Assembly (NCBI GenBank): GCA_945969495.1
Contig: CAMFOH010000002.1
Location: 1-59,822 of the forward strand
Reading direction: 5' to 3'
DNA: 59,822 bases
Source of the DNA: an uncultured Mollicutes bacterium
GTDB lineage: Bacteria; Bacillota_I; Bacilli_A; RF39; UBA660
Under the pieces are notes generated by a model, which did no database searches, was not told the origin of the DNA, and worked only from the letters and a program-made list of their open reading frames with translations. Position numbers and translations under genes: made by a program. Every line of letters starts with the position of its first letter. Positions within the stretch are counted from its first letter, which is position 1. Below, piece after piece: positions 46,910-57,600 of this stretch.

Positions 46910-48745
46910 CTATAAAGCATCATACATACCATACATTGGAATGATAACTGCAAGTAAGATACCACCAACAATTAATGCTAGAGAAACGATTAGAATTGGT
47001 TCAATTAGTGTTTTCATTTGGTTTATGATACTTCTGTGTTGTTCTTGATAATATGAAGATACTCGTTCCATCATAGGACCTAGTCTACCAGTTTTTTCAC
47101 CAGTTAAAAGCATTTGGTAAGCTATGTTTGGAAATGCCCAGTGATCCTTAAATGCCATTGATATAGTGTCACCTTTTGTTAAGTTTTTCGCAGTATCATA
47201 AATAAGCTTTTTATATACTTCATTTTCAGTTATCTTACTTAATACATCCATTGAATCCGTTATAAAAACATTATGGTTAATTAAGTTTGCAAAAGTTTTA
47301 GTAAAAATCGTAACTTCATTATATATTATTATTTTACCAAATACAGGCAAGTGCATCATGAACTCTTGCATAGTTTTTCTAAACGCTTTTATATTTCTAA
47401 ATAAATATAAATATATTAAAATTAGGACTATTATTACAAGTAATATATAAATTAAATAATTTTTAAGAAAATCACTTATTGATATAACAATTTTTGTTAT
47501 AGTTGGAATATCACTACCTAAGTCAGCATATATATCAACGAACTGAGGCACTACCCACATAAGAATAAATGTAACTACTACCGTAGCAAAAATAGTTACT
47601 ACTAAAGGATACATCATTGCTGATTTCATTTGTTTTTTAGTACTTTCAGACTCGGTATAGTATTCAACCATATCATCTAATGTTTCTGGTAAATTACCAG
47701 TCATTTCAGCAGTTTTTATCATGTTTATAAGAAGTTTAGGAAAAGAATCTTTTCTTTTTTCCATCGCAACCGATAAAACATCACCCATTGATAAGTCATA
47801 GTAAACCGCACGCCATACTTTTTTTTCTTTAATGTTTTTAGCTTGATCATCTAGTATTTTAACAGCTTCTGCAAGTGCAATACCAGACTTTAAATACGCA
47901 GATAATTGAGAAAGATAAAAAATCAATCTATTTCTTTTTATCTTATAAGAACCACCAATTATAATACTTCCAGAAGTTTTAGCAGCAGTTATTTCATATA
48001 CTTCATATCCTTCTGCTAGTAAAAATGAATGAACATCAACGCGTGATAATGCCTCAATGCTACTTTTTTCTATTTCTCCTTCCTTATTTTTTGCAATATA
48101 ATTAAATATTAGAGGTTTTTCAAACCTTGAAGTGTTATTATTTTTATCTTTAAATTGCTCATCTAAAACCGCTTTTTTAGCCTCTAATTCAAGAGCTTCT
48201 TTTTTGTTAAAGGTAAGTTTTTTATAGAAAGCTTTTATTTTTTCTTGAAAAGTAACTGGTTGTCCTTTTTTTCTTAGTTCATCTTCTTTTGCTTGTCTTT
48301 TTGCTTCTTGCTCTTCTTCACGTTTTTTAAGTTCTAACTCTTTTTGTTTTTGCTCTTGTTCTTTTTTTTCGCGTTCTATTCTTAATTTTTCTTGTTCTTT
48401 TGCCCTTCTTGCCTCTTCTTCTCTAGCTTTTTTAACTAGGCGTTCAAACTCTTTTTGTTTTTTTAAAGTAGCCTTATCCTTTGATTCTTTTAATTTTACT
48501 GAATCAGTTTCCAAAGTGGGATTATTAGGTTTATCATAAGCAGACCTTGTTGTCTTAATTACCTTAACTTTCTCATTATTCTTAAGTTCTGGCATTGTTT
48601 TTACACTATTTTTTTTATTCTTTGAAAAGATAAGTTCAAAGACTTTTGCAATCCCTAATACAAAATAATAAGGAATTAATAATACAAAAATAAAACCTTT
48701 ATATATAAAAACAAATGGTAATAATATAATTTCTATTGCTTTCAT
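46910..48745 (-). CDS. Type IV filament platform protein (GspF/PilC/ComGB family) with a ~205-aa N-terminal extension
   Basis: The C-terminal ~400 aa holds two GspF repeats (LSQLSAYLKSGIALAEAV...; LLTGEKTGRLGPMMERVS...). The N-terminus has a TM hairpin plus a K/E-rich tract. Confidence 0.88.
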   Translation of the reverse strand: MKAIEIILLPFVFIYKGFIFVLLIPYYFVLGIAKVFELIFSKNKKNSVKTMPELKNNEKVKVIKTTRSAYDKPNNPTLETDSVKLKESKDKATLKKQKEFERLVKKAREEEARRAKEQEKLRIEREKKEQEQKQKELELKKREEEQEAKRQAKEDELRKKGQPVTFQEKIKAFYKKLTFNKKEALELEAKKAVLDEQFKDKNNNTSRFEKPLIFNYIAKNKEGEIEKSSIEALSRVDVHSFLLAEGYEVYEITAAKTSGSIIIGGSYKIKRNRLIFYLSQLSAYLKSGIALAEAVKILDDQAKNIKEKKVWRAVYYDLSMGDVLSVAMEKRKDSFPKLLINMIKTAEMTGNLPETLDDMVEYYTESESTKKQMKSAMMYPLVVTIFATVVVTFILMWVVPQFVDIYADLGSDIPTITKIVISISDFLKNYLIYILLVIIVLILIYLYLFRNIKAFRKTMQEFMMHLPVFGKIIIYNEVTIFTKTFANLINHNVFITDSMDVLSKITENEVYKKLIYDTAKNLTKGDTISMAFKDHWAFPNIAYQMLLTGEKTGRLGPMMERVSSYYQEQHRSIINQMKTLIEPILIVSLALIVGGILLAVIIPMYGMYDAL

Positions 48746-48876
48746 TTAATCCATACCTTTCTATTCTATAAAACATTATAACATAAATACATAAAAATCA
48801 AACATAAATAATTAAATAGTAGAACTTTAATTAAACCATTTACCAAGTTTTCATATATTATTGTAGAGGTGATATT

Positions 48877-49260
48877 ATGTTTAACCAAATACCATACATG
48901 ATGTCAAGTCCTATGTATGGTTCCGTTCCAATTATGCAAGGACTATCAAATGCATCTTCTCCTTTAGCATTAAATACAGTAAGTAAAGGAACATCATTAC
49001 TAGGTAAATTAAATTGGTCTTCACTGCTTTCAAACGCACAAAAAACGCTTAACGTAGTAAATCAAGCAATACCATTATATTACCAAGTAAAACCAGTTTT
49101 TAATAACATCAGAACGTTAGGAAAAATTGGCAAAGAATTCACAAAGGCAGGTAATGCAAACACATCAAATAGTACTAATAGTGAAAATAATACTTCTAAT
49201 AATGCTAGTATAAATAACGATTTAACTTCCGATGTTCCAGAACCAACGTTTTTCTTATAA
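48877..49260 (+). CDS. YqfQ-like protein
   Basis: AGAGGTGA RBS. KLNWSSLLSNAQKTLNVVNQAIPLYYQVKPVFNNIRTL resembles the YqfQ family. Sits next to trmK/sigA/dnaG, as yqfQ does in the B. subtilis yqf region. Confidence 0.5.
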   Translation: MFNQIPYMMSSPMYGSVPIMQGLSNASSPLALNTVSKGTSLLGKLNWSSLLSNAQKTLNVVNQAIPLYYQVKPVFNNIRTLGKIGKEFTKAGNANTSNSTNSENNTSNNASINNDLTSDVPEPTFFL

Positions 49261-49275
49261 AAAAAGAAATTCATG

Positions 49276-49956
49276 TTAAAAATGAATCTCTTTTTTTAAT
49301 ATCATATTTTTAAACGTTAACTTTAGTTTTCTAATAATTCTTTTATTAGGTAATTTATTTATAATTTCTTTATTTTTATTAATTTCATTTCTTATTAATT
49401 CTTTAAATAAAACGTTTTTGTTTTTTAATAAAACTGGTCCGAAATAAAGTTCTTTTTTTGAGTGTATAATTTTTCCTTTTTTAAACTTAATAATCACGTA
49501 TATAATGCCACGATCTTTTACCAAACATTCATCATCAACATAATAGCCCATATCATTTAATTCTTTTCTAATCATATTATAACCGGTATTAGATTGAATT
49601 ATAATGGTATTAACATTTTTTAATATGTTTTTATTTTCTTTTAAAATACTTATTATTTTTTGATTTCCTAAACCAGACATAATAATAGTATTTATGTTAT
49701 CAGATTTTTTTATAGTACTAAGACCATCACCTTTTCTTACTTCAACGTTACTTGTTTTATATAAACTAACGTTTTTCTTAGCTTGGTTTACAGCACCTAT
49801 TGTTATATCTGATGCAATTATTTTACCTTCTAATCCATTTAAAGAAAGATATATATCAAGTAACGCATGGTCACACCCAACATCTATAATTCTACTTTTT
49901 TTATCTACCATAGATGCTATTTTAAGAAGTCTTTTTGAAATATTAATCTTAGTCAC
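49276..49956 (-). CDS. trmK: tRNA (adenine22-N1)-methyltransferase TrmK (YqfN)
   Basis: GTG start overlapping the sigA stop. [12 protein letters not shown]...[14 protein letters not shown] pattern. Located downstream of sigA as in Bacillus. Confidence 0.85.
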   Translation of the reverse strand: MTKINISKRLLKIASMVDKKSRIIDVGCDHALLDIYLSLNGLEGKIIASDITIGAVNQAKKNVSLYKTSNVEVRKGDGLSTIKKSDNINTIIMSGLGNQKIISILKENKNILKNVNTIIIQSNTGYNMIRKELNDMGYYVDDECLVKDRGIIYVIIKFKKGKIIHSKKELYFGPVLLKNKNVLFKELIRNEINKNKEIINKLPNKRIIRKLKLTFKNMILKKEIHF

Positions 49957-51037
49957 TCAAATAATCCTTTAACTTTCTTGACCTTGATGGATGTCTTAAT
50001 TTTCTAAGTGCTTTTGCCTCTATTTGCCTTATTCTTTCACGTGTAACACCAAACATATTACCAACTTCTTCCAAAGTATGACATGTGCCTCCATGAAGCC
50101 CAAAACGTAATTTTAAAACTTCTTCTTCCCTTGGTGTTAAAGTACATAATACTTCTTCTATTTCATCTTTTAAAACTTCATTTATTGCATATTCCTCAGG
50201 ACTCATCGAACTTTCATCTTTTAGAAAATCACCTAGGTGTGAATCATCTTCTTCTCCAATTGGGGTTTCTAATGATAATGGGTCTTGAGAGATTTTAAAT
50301 ATTTCTCTTACCTTATCTTCGGTGGTACCCATTTTTTTAGCAAGTTCAGCCTCAGTTGGTTCTCTATTAAGTTCAAGTGTTAATTGCCTTTGTATTCTTT
50401 TTAATTTATTAATAGTTTCAACCATATGAACCGGAACACGAATTGTTTTAGCTTGATCCGCTATTGCACGCGTAATTGCTTGCCTTATCCACCAAGTTGC
50501 ATAAGTTGAAAATTTATAACCCTTAGACGCATCAAATTTATCTACGGCTTTCATTAAACCAATGTTACCTTCCTGAATTAAATCAAGAAAGGATAGATTT
50601 CTTCCAACATATCTTTTTGCAATTGATACAACAAGTCTTAGATTTGATTCTGCTAAAATTCTCTTAGCTTCCTCATCACCTTCTTCTACCCTTTTTGATA
50701 AAGCAAGTTCCTCATCTAAACTAAGTAAACTAATTTTTCCAATTTCCTTTAAATACATCCTAACAGGATCATTTATACTTGCATTTTTTGGTAGAGCAAC
50801 ATCTTCTAAAATTAGTGCCTCACCATCGTCTTCTCCTTCATCTTCGGTATCAAAGTCTTCTGATATTATTTCAATGTTATTTTCATGAAACGCATTATAT
50901 AAATCATCTAATGAATCACTATCAAGCTCTAATCCTTTTAAACTCTCGGCTAATTCTTCATAAGTTAATACCCCTTTTTCTTTACCTTTCTCAAGCAATT
51001 CTTTTTTTCTTTGTTCAAACGTTTTTATTTCTTTCAT
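49949..51037 (-). CDS. sigA: Primary RNA polymerase sigma factor SigA/RpoD
   Basis: Region 2 [17 protein letters not shown]. Region 4.2 [30 protein letters not shown]. 362 aa. Confidence 0.97.
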   Translation of the reverse strand: MKEIKTFEQRKKELLEKGKEKGVLTYEELAESLKGLELDSDSLDDLYNAFHENNIEIISEDFDTEDEGEDDGEALILEDVALPKNASINDPVRMYLKEIGKISLLSLDEELALSKRVEEGDEEAKRILAESNLRLVVSIAKRYVGRNLSFLDLIQEGNIGLMKAVDKFDASKGYKFSTYATWWIRQAITRAIADQAKTIRVPVHMVETINKLKRIQRQLTLELNREPTEAELAKKMGTTEDKVREIFKISQDPLSLETPIGEEDDSHLGDFLKDESSMSPEEYAINEVLKDEIEEVLCTLTPREEEVLKLRFGLHGGTCHTLEEVGNMFGVTRERIRQIEAKALRKLRHPSRSRKLKDYLSD

Positions 51038-52779
51038 TATTTACACTCCTTTTTCTTTAATGTTGCTAATTTTTCAAGTAAAATCACTTTTTTTATAGTA
51101 TCTTGTTCCATACTTATTTTATTTTTTGTTTTTTCTATTTCTCTTTTTAATATACCTTCATCAATGGTTTTAATGTATTCTTCTATTACTTTATCATCAA
51201 CTTCATCTGGCATATTAAGACCATCAATTCGTAATACTTCTTTTATAAGTTCATCCTCATCTTGTAAAAAAAGCGAAAAATCTGTAACGTTAATATAATG
51301 TTTTTGTTCATAAAACTCAAGTATTTTTATAGCAATCATAGCTAGTTTCTTATTTGTTAGATAAGAAACTTTATTTTGATAAAGCAAGATAACGTCTTCT
51401 TTTTTTAACATGTAATATATTAAATATTCTTCTGCTTTTTCGTATTTATTTTTTTTAATACTTTTTGGTTTTGTTATAATTTTTCTTTCTTTTTTTGGTA
51501 TATTACTAATTAATGAATTAATGGTTTCAACGTCAAGTCCAGTTTCCTTAGATATTTTTTTTACCGTAAGTTCATAAACAACCTTATCATTAATTTTTTC
51601 AAGTTCACCCGCAATATTATTAACATAATTTGATATATCATTATAATCATTAAAATCAGTTTTTTTCTTTTCAATATCTATTTTGAACTGAAGTAAAGAC
51701 ATTGGATTTTTTAAATGGTTTAAAAAAGCTTCCTTGCCTTTTTTTATAACATAATCATCTGGGTCTAAATCTTCTTCTAATCTTATTATTTTAGGTGTTA
51801 TGTCGATTTTCTCTAATACTTCTATGGCTGCTAATGTTGCCTTTTGCCCTGCTTTATCGCCATCAAAACATAAAATTATATTCTTTGATAATCTTCTTAA
51901 TAAATCCGCGTGATCCTTAGTAATGGCTGTTCCCATTGTTGCAACAACATTTTTAATACCTATGGTTGATAATCTAATAACATCCATAAAACCTTCAACG
52001 ACTATTATCTGTTTTTCTTCTTTTGCATAATTAATAGCTCTTTTATAGTTATAAAGTAATTTTCCTTTCTTAAAAATCACGGATTCCTTAGAATTTACGT
52101 ATTTACTATCATCTTCACCATTATAAATTCTTCCAGAAAAACCAATAACGTTACCCGTTGAATCATGTAAAGGAAACATTATTCTATTTCTAAAAGTATC
52201 ATATATAAAATTATCTTTTTTACCACATAATCCAATATCAACGATATCAGATTCATCAAAACCTTTAGATTTTAATAATTTATTTACGTTATTATCATTT
52301 AATGATAAACCAATTTCAAATTCTTTTATCTCAGCTGGGGTAATGCCCCTTTTATTTAAATAATCGCTAGCAGCTTTACCATACACAGTTTTAATATTAT
52401 TTTGATAATATTTATTTGCAATTTCAAACATTTTATAAAATTTATCGTATTTACTTTCTTTAACAATCGTTTTAGAAATATTTTTAACACTCAAACCTAT
52501 TCCAGCTTTTTGTGCAACTTTAAGAACCGCTTCGGCAAAACTTATATGCTCATAATTCATAACAAAATTAAATACATTACCAGAAGCCCCACACACAAAA
52601 CACGTATAAATTTGTTTTTCTTTAGATATGCTCATACTAGGATTATGATCATCGTGAAAAGGACAAATTGCAAAATAATTTTTTCCTTTTTGTTCAAGAT
52701 GAAGATATTCGGAAATAACGTCTACAATGTCTACTTTTCTTTGAATATCAAGTATTTCGTCATAAGGTATTTTTTCCAT
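51037..52779 (-). CDS. dnaG: DNA primase
   Basis: Zn ribbon [14 protein letters not shown]...CFVCG. TOPRIM motifs VEGFMD and FDGDKAG. 580 aa. Confidence 0.96.
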   Translation of the reverse strand: MEKIPYDEILDIQRKVDIVDVISEYLHLEQKGKNYFAICPFHDDHNPSMSISKEKQIYTCFVCGASGNVFNFVMNYEHISFAEAVLKVAQKAGIGLSVKNISKTIVKESKYDKFYKMFEIANKYYQNNIKTVYGKAASDYLNKRGITPAEIKEFEIGLSLNDNNVNKLLKSKGFDESDIVDIGLCGKKDNFIYDTFRNRIMFPLHDSTGNVIGFSGRIYNGEDDSKYVNSKESVIFKKGKLLYNYKRAINYAKEEKQIIVVEGFMDVIRLSTIGIKNVVATMGTAITKDHADLLRRLSKNIILCFDGDKAGQKATLAAIEVLEKIDITPKIIRLEEDLDPDDYVIKKGKEAFLNHLKNPMSLLQFKIDIEKKKTDFNDYNDISNYVNNIAGELEKINDKVVYELTVKKISKETGLDVETINSLISNIPKKERKIITKPKSIKKNKYEKAEEYLIYYMLKKEDVILLYQNKVSYLTNKKLAMIAIKILEFYEQKHYINVTDFSLFLQDEDELIKEVLRIDGLNMPDEVDDKVIEEYIKTIDEGILKREIEKTKNKISMEQDTIKKVILLEKLATLKKKECK

Positions 52780-52881
52780 AAAAATATACCTCCCTAGTTT
52801 AATTATTCTACAAAAATACTAAAAACCCTCGGATTTTTCTAAAAAAAATAAAAAAAATAGCCATTTTTGACTATTTTTTGC

Positions 52882-54579
52882 TTATTCTCCATCAATTATA
52901 TCTTCTATTCTTGATAATGCATCATATAATGATATTTCCTCGAAAGCAGTTTTCTTTCTTTCTTTTATTTCAATTAGTTGATCATTTATTTTATTACCAA
53001 TAGTTATTCTTATTGGAATACCTATTAAATCCATGTCATTAAATTTTATTCCAACACGTTCATCACGATCATCTAAAATTGTTGAAATATTATTTTTTCG
53101 AAATTCTCCATACAAGTAATTTGCGGCATCACATTGTGCCTCGTCTTTAGTATTTACAATTATTATTGCTACTTTAAATGGTGCAACTTCCATTGGCCAT
53201 ATAATTCCATTGTCATCATGACTTTGCTCTACGATTGCCGCCATACACCTTCCTATGCCAATACCATAACACCCCATCCAAACATAATTGCTTTCGTTTT
53301 CTTTATTTAAATAGGTAAGATTCAAACTCTTAGAATACTTAGTACCAAGTTTAAAAGTATTTCCAACTTCAATGCCACTTGTAAAACTTAAATTTTGACC
53401 ACAAGATGGGCATTTATCCTTATCGGTTATGCATCTTATATCAGCTGTTAAAACATAATCAAAATCTTCTAAATTAACGTTTTTATAATGATAATCCGTC
53501 TTGTTGGCCCCGACGATAAAATTTTTCATATTTAAAACTTCGTTGTCAACGATAATTGGTACATTAAGCCCTATAGGTCCAGCAAATCCAATTTTTGCTG
53601 ATGTAATTTCTTCAACCGATGAAGCATCAGCTAATGATAATTCTTGAACTTTTAAAGTTCTTTTAAGTTTAGCTTCATTTACCTCATTTAAACCTTTAAC
53701 TAATACTGCACAAAACTTATCATCTGCTTTATATATTAACGTTTTAACAAATTTTTCTTTATCTTCTTGTAAATACTCAGATACTTCTTCAATAGTACCA
53801 GCACCTGGAGTCTTAACGAGTTCTCTTATTTTAATATCTTCATCTGATTTTTTAGTTAAAAGTGTGCAACTTGCAACATCACTATTTGCGGCGTATCCGC
53901 AGTGATCACATATAACTAACTTATCCTCTCCAATTTCAGTTATTGCTTGAAATTCCTCGGATAATAAACCACCCATTACACCTGTATCAGATTTTACTAT
54001 TCTATAATTAATTCCTAGCCTCGTAAAAATCTTTTTATATGCATTATACATTTCATTGTATGAATCATTTAATCCTTTTTCATCCATATCAAATGAATAT
54101 GCATCTTTCATTAAAAACTCACGAACTCGAATTAATCCATATCTACTTCTTGCTTCGTCTCTGAATTTATCTTGAATTTGGTATATACTAAATGGCAAAT
54201 CTTTATAAGATTTTATTTTGGAAGAAGCTGCAATAGTAAATAACTCTTCATGCGTTGGTGCAAGACAATATTTTTTATCATAACGGTCTTTTAAAGAAAA
54301 CATATCATCTCCAAAACTTTCTTTTCTACCAGATAAAGCATATATATCTTCCGGTACTAAAGCTGGCATTAATAGTTCACCCGCGCCAATGTTTTCAAGT
54401 TCTTCCCTAATTATCTTTTCTATGTTCTTTATTACCTTATACCCTAAAGGCAAATACATGTACACGCCACTTGACGTTTTTTTTATCATTCCACATCTAG
54501 TTAGTAAATTACCTGATACGGATTCTTCACTTTTAGATTCTTCTTTATAAGTATAAAAATAACTATTTTTTAATTTCAA
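52882..54579 (-). CDS. proS: Prolyl-tRNA synthetase (bacterial type with INS editing domain)
   Basis: Preferred start is TTG 54579, 6 nt after AGAGGTG, giving MKLKNSYFYTYKEE...LLTRCGMIKK. The ORF-track ATG 54684 would add 35 aa spanning a terminator. Motifs FRDEARSRYGLIRVREF and GCYGIGIGR. Confidence 0.9.
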   Translation of the reverse strand: MKLKNSYFYTYKEESKSEESVSGNLLTRCGMIKKTSSGVYMYLPLGYKVIKNIEKIIREELENIGAGELLMPALVPEDIYALSGRKESFGDDMFSLKDRYDKKYCLAPTHEELFTIAASSKIKSYKDLPFSIYQIQDKFRDEARSRYGLIRVREFLMKDAYSFDMDEKGLNDSYNEMYNAYKKIFTRLGINYRIVKSDTGVMGGLLSEEFQAITEIGEDKLVICDHCGYAANSDVASCTLLTKKSDEDIKIRELVKTPGAGTIEEVSEYLQEDKEKFVKTLIYKADDKFCAVLVKGLNEVNEAKLKRTLKVQELSLADASSVEEITSAKIGFAGPIGLNVPIIVDNEVLNMKNFIVGANKTDYHYKNVNLEDFDYVLTADIRCITDKDKCPSCGQNLSFTSGIEVGNTFKLGTKYSKSLNLTYLNKENESNYVWMGCYGIGIGRCMAAIVEQSHDDNGIIWPMEVAPFKVAIIIVNTKDEAQCDAANYLYGEFRKNNISTILDDRDERVGIKFNDMDLIGIPIRITIGNKINDQLIEIKERKKTAFEEISLYDALSRIEDIIDGE

Positions 54580-54629
54580 AGTTTTCACCTCTTTATACGA
54601 GTATATATCAAAAACATATTTTAAGCAAG

Positions 54630-54661
54630 AAAAAAGGCGGTTATTTAATTCCACCTTTTTT
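54630..54661 (-). terminator. Intrinsic terminator at the end of the valS operon
   Basis: On the minus strand, AAAAAAGGTGG-AATTAAATAA-CCGCCTTTTTT. The 5' arm overlaps the last codons of ORF126. The candidate proS promoter TTGCTT-17 nt-TATACT follows at 54628-54600. Confidence 0.65.
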
Positions 54662-55021
54662 AAATGATCTTCCGTTTTGTTCACTTGCGAATTTAAACTG
54701 TTTAGTAGTTTCTAAAAGACGATTAGTATTTATGTAGTATCCATCTTCTAACAAAATTATTACTCCTATAGAAACATAGAACATAAAGCTATCTGCTAAT
54801 TTATCTTCCATTGATCTTTCACTTTCTATAACAGATTTTGCAACAGAGTAAGAACCAGATAAACTCATAAAATTTTCTTGCAAATTATCTGAAACCTTAA
54901 CAAGTCCCGTTTCATTTTCTTGCTCAACATAATCTTTTAAGTAAGTATCATAAAATTCATATTCATAATCAAGTTTAGCTTCCTTATATGCAGCTCCTAA
55001 ACTTTGCATGCATTCTAACAT
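54641..55021 (-). CDS. Hypothetical protein (126 aa) downstream of valS
   Basis: AGGTGG RBS 6 nt before the ATG, 20 nt after the valS stop. One hydrophobic segment FMFYVSIGVIILL. No known motif. Confidence 0.55.
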   Translation of the reverse strand: MLECMQSLGAAYKEAKLDYEYEFYDTYLKDYVEQENETGLVKVSDNLQENFMSLSGSYSVAKSVIESERSMEDKLADSFMFYVSIGVIILLEDGYYINTNRLLETTKQFKFASEQNGRSFKKGGIK

Positions 55022-55041
55022 CCAAAACCACCTGTCCTTTT

Positions 55042-57600
55042 CTAACTTATCTTTTCTAACAATGCTTTAAGTTTATTTTCTTCATCCGTTAGTTTTTCTC
55101 TTTCACCATTTACTATTTTTTCTGGTGCATTAGAAACATACTTTTCATTAGATAAAAGTTTTTTTCTTCTTTCAATACTAACGATTAAAGATTCTTTTTC
55201 TTTAATTAAATTTTTTATATCTTCATCAGTTAAATGTTTACCTTCATAGCATAAAGTAACACTTCCATATGGAAAAGCTAATGATAAGTTAACATTTTCT
55301 TCGATAGAAGATAATATAATATCGCACTTTAAAAGTTTTGTCAATATATCTTTATTATTATCTAAAATATACTTATATTCATCTTTAAATTCATTAATTA
55401 TACCAAATCCCTTAGGTATGTCATTTTCAGCTTTCGAGTTACGAATACTTGCAATTATATCTATTAATGCATCAATTTCCTTTTCCTCGTTTGCATATAC
55501 CATGCTACCATCATATTTTGGGTAATTTGACAAAAGGATGTTTTTACCATCTTTGATTGGTAATGACTCATATATTTCGTCAGTAACATATGGCATGAAT
55601 GGATGAAGCATTTTGATTATATCAGTTAATACTAAAAGCATAGTTGATTTAGTTGATATGTTATTACTTGATACCTTACTATATTCTATATAGACATCAC
55701 AAAAATCTTCCCAAATGAATTTATATAGTTCATTACCAACAACGTTAAAATCATACTTATCCATGTTTTTTCTAACGTTTTTAATAGTTCTATTTAATTT
55801 TGTTAAAATCCATTTATCACTTGATGTTAAGTTATTTAAATCTATTTTTTTTAAATCTTCCGTATTCATCAAAACATATCTAGATGCATTCCAAATTTTA
55901 TTTATAAAGTTCCACGTTGCTTTAACCTTATCTTCATCATATCTTAAATCTTGACCTGGAGCCGAATTGGTTGTTAAAAACCATCTTAAAGAATCAGCAC
56001 CATAAGTATCAATAACGTCCATTGGATCTACTCCGTTGCCTAGTGATTTAGACATTTTTCGACCTTCTTTATCACGAATAAGGCCATGTATTAAGCAATC
56101 TTTAAAAGGCCTTTTATCAGTGAATTCTAAAGATTGGAATACCATCCTACATACCCAAAAGAAAATAATATCATATCCAGTTACTAATACATCATTTGGA
56201 AAATATCTTTCTAAATCAGATGTTTTATCTGGCCAACCTAGCGTACTAAAAGGCCATAATGCAGAAGAAAACCAAGTGTCTAATACATCTTCATCCTGAA
56301 CCCAACCAGAACCAGAAGGAGCTTTAGAACCAACATATACTTCATCATTTCTATACCAAGCTGGTATCCTGTGCCCCCACCATAATTGTCTTGAAATACA
56401 CCAATCATGGCAATCACTCATCCAATTAGTAAGTATTTTTTCAAATCTTTCTGGAACAAAGTTAACCTTTTTTTTCTTATCTTTTTGATTTTCTAAAACA
56501 TGTTTAGATAAACCTTTCATATTAACGAACCATTGCTTTGAAAGATATGGTTCAACCATAACACCCGTTCTTTCTGAATGTCCAACACTATGTGTCATAG
56601 TTTCAATTTTAATTAATAAATCTTGATCTTTTAAATCTTTTAATAAAGCATCACGGCATTCATACCTATCCATTCCTTCATATTTACCAGCGTTTTCATT
56701 CATGGTAGCATCAGGATTCATTACGTTAATTCTTTCTAAGTTATGACGATTTCCTACTTCAAAATCATTAGGATCATGAGCAGGTGTTATTTTAACTACA
56801 CCAGTTCCAAAAGCTGGATCAGCATGTTCATCTCCTACTATTGGAATTAGCTTATTAACAATTGGAAGAATTACTTTTTTACCAATTAGTTTTTTGTATC
56901 TTTCATCATTAGGATTAACCGCAACAGCAGTATCACCAAATAAAGTTTCAGGTCTTGTTGTTGCAACCTCTAGATAATCATTAGTTTCCTCTATAAAATA
57001 TTTAATGTGATAAAAAGCACCTTCAACGTCTTTATAAACAACTTCTTCATTAGATAACGCAGTTTGTTGAACAGGATCCCAGTTAATTATTCTTTCTCCT
57101 CTATAAATCCAGCCTTTGTTATATAAATCAATAAATACTTTTGTAACTGCCTTATTAAGGCCTTCATCTAAAGTAAATCTTTCTCTTGAATAATCAAGTG
57201 CTAACCCTAGCTTAGCCCATTGCCCTCTTATTGTACTTGCGTATTCTTCTTTCCACTGCCATGCTTTTTGTAAGAAACCATCACGGCCCAAATCTCTTTT
57301 GTTGATGCCTTGCTCTTTTAATCTTTCTACTACTTTTACTTCTGTTGCAATAGCAGCATGATCCATTCCAGGAAGCCATAACGCATCATAACCATCCATC
57401 TTTTTGTATCGAATTATTATATCCTGAAGAGTCGTATCCCATGCGTGCCCTAAGTGTAATTTGCCTGTTACGTTTGGTGGTGGTATAACTATCGAAAAAG
57501 CTTCCTTGGTTAAATCACCAGCTTTAAATAACTCATCTTTAAGCCATTTATCATATTTTCCTTCTTCTACTTTTTTATAATTATATTTTGCCTCTAACAT
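55042..57600 (-). CDS. valS: Valyl-tRNA synthetase
   Basis: HIGH motif PPPNVTGKLHLGH. KMSKS present. CP1 editing domain and C-terminal coiled coil. 852 aa. Confidence 0.97.
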   Translation of the reverse strand: MLEAKYNYKKVEEGKYDKWLKDELFKAGDLTKEAFSIVIPPPNVTGKLHLGHAWDTTLQDIIIRYKKMDGYDALWLPGMDHAAIATEVKVVERLKEQGINKRDLGRDGFLQKAWQWKEEYASTIRGQWAKLGLALDYSRERFTLDEGLNKAVTKVFIDLYNKGWIYRGERIINWDPVQQTALSNEEVVYKDVEGAFYHIKYFIEETNDYLEVATTRPETLFGDTAVAVNPNDERYKKLIGKKVILPIVNKLIPIVGDEHADPAFGTGVVKITPAHDPNDFEVGNRHNLERINVMNPDATMNENAGKYEGMDRYECRDALLKDLKDQDLLIKIETMTHSVGHSERTGVMVEPYLSKQWFVNMKGLSKHVLENQKDKKKKVNFVPERFEKILTNWMSDCHDWCISRQLWWGHRIPAWYRNDEVYVGSKAPSGSGWVQDEDVLDTWFSSALWPFSTLGWPDKTSDLERYFPNDVLVTGYDIIFFWVCRMVFQSLEFTDKRPFKDCLIHGLIRDKEGRKMSKSLGNGVDPMDVIDTYGADSLRWFLTTNSAPGQDLRYDEDKVKATWNFINKIWNASRYVLMNTEDLKKIDLNNLTSSDKWILTKLNRTIKNVRKNMDKYDFNVVGNELYKFIWEDFCDVYIEYSKVSSNNISTKSTMLLVLTDIIKMLHPFMPYVTDEIYESLPIKDGKNILLSNYPKYDGSMVYANEEKEIDALIDIIASIRNSKAENDIPKGFGIINEFKDEYKYILDNNKDILTKLLKCDIILSSIEENVNLSLAFPYGSVTLCYEGKHLTDEDIKNLIKEKESLIVSIERRKKLLSNEKYVSNAPEKIVNGEREKLTDEENKLKALLEKIS

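Noticed and set aside
7265-52797. Other track ORFs antisense to or nested in strong genes. Minus strand: 7265..7528, 7937..8170, 9825..10016, 10695..10877, 10949..11155, 15197..15430, 16292..16528, 17411..17641, 18174..18506, 20224..20520, 21472..21657, 21679..21879, 25592..25789, 28206..28463, 41155..41604, 49080..49274. Plus strand: 9695..9892, 22950..23168, 23664..24005, 29324..29578, 30039..30260, 30540..30746, 31676..31939, 33542..33760, 34397..34621, 37015..37212, 44695..44880, 49694..49972, 50083..50298, 50779..51060, 51011..51298, 52402..52797. Also 55715..55954, 56036..56299 and 58404..58601 further on.
   Set aside because: All overlap genes with unambiguous conserved motifs on the other strand or frame. 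They lack SD sequences and have compositionally biased translations.
54580-54700. T-box leader upstream of proS
   Set aside because: The GGTGG...CCGCC here is a simple terminator hairpin whose 5' arm is coding (KKGGIK*). No AGGGTGGNACCGCG-type T-box sequence or stem I elements are present.
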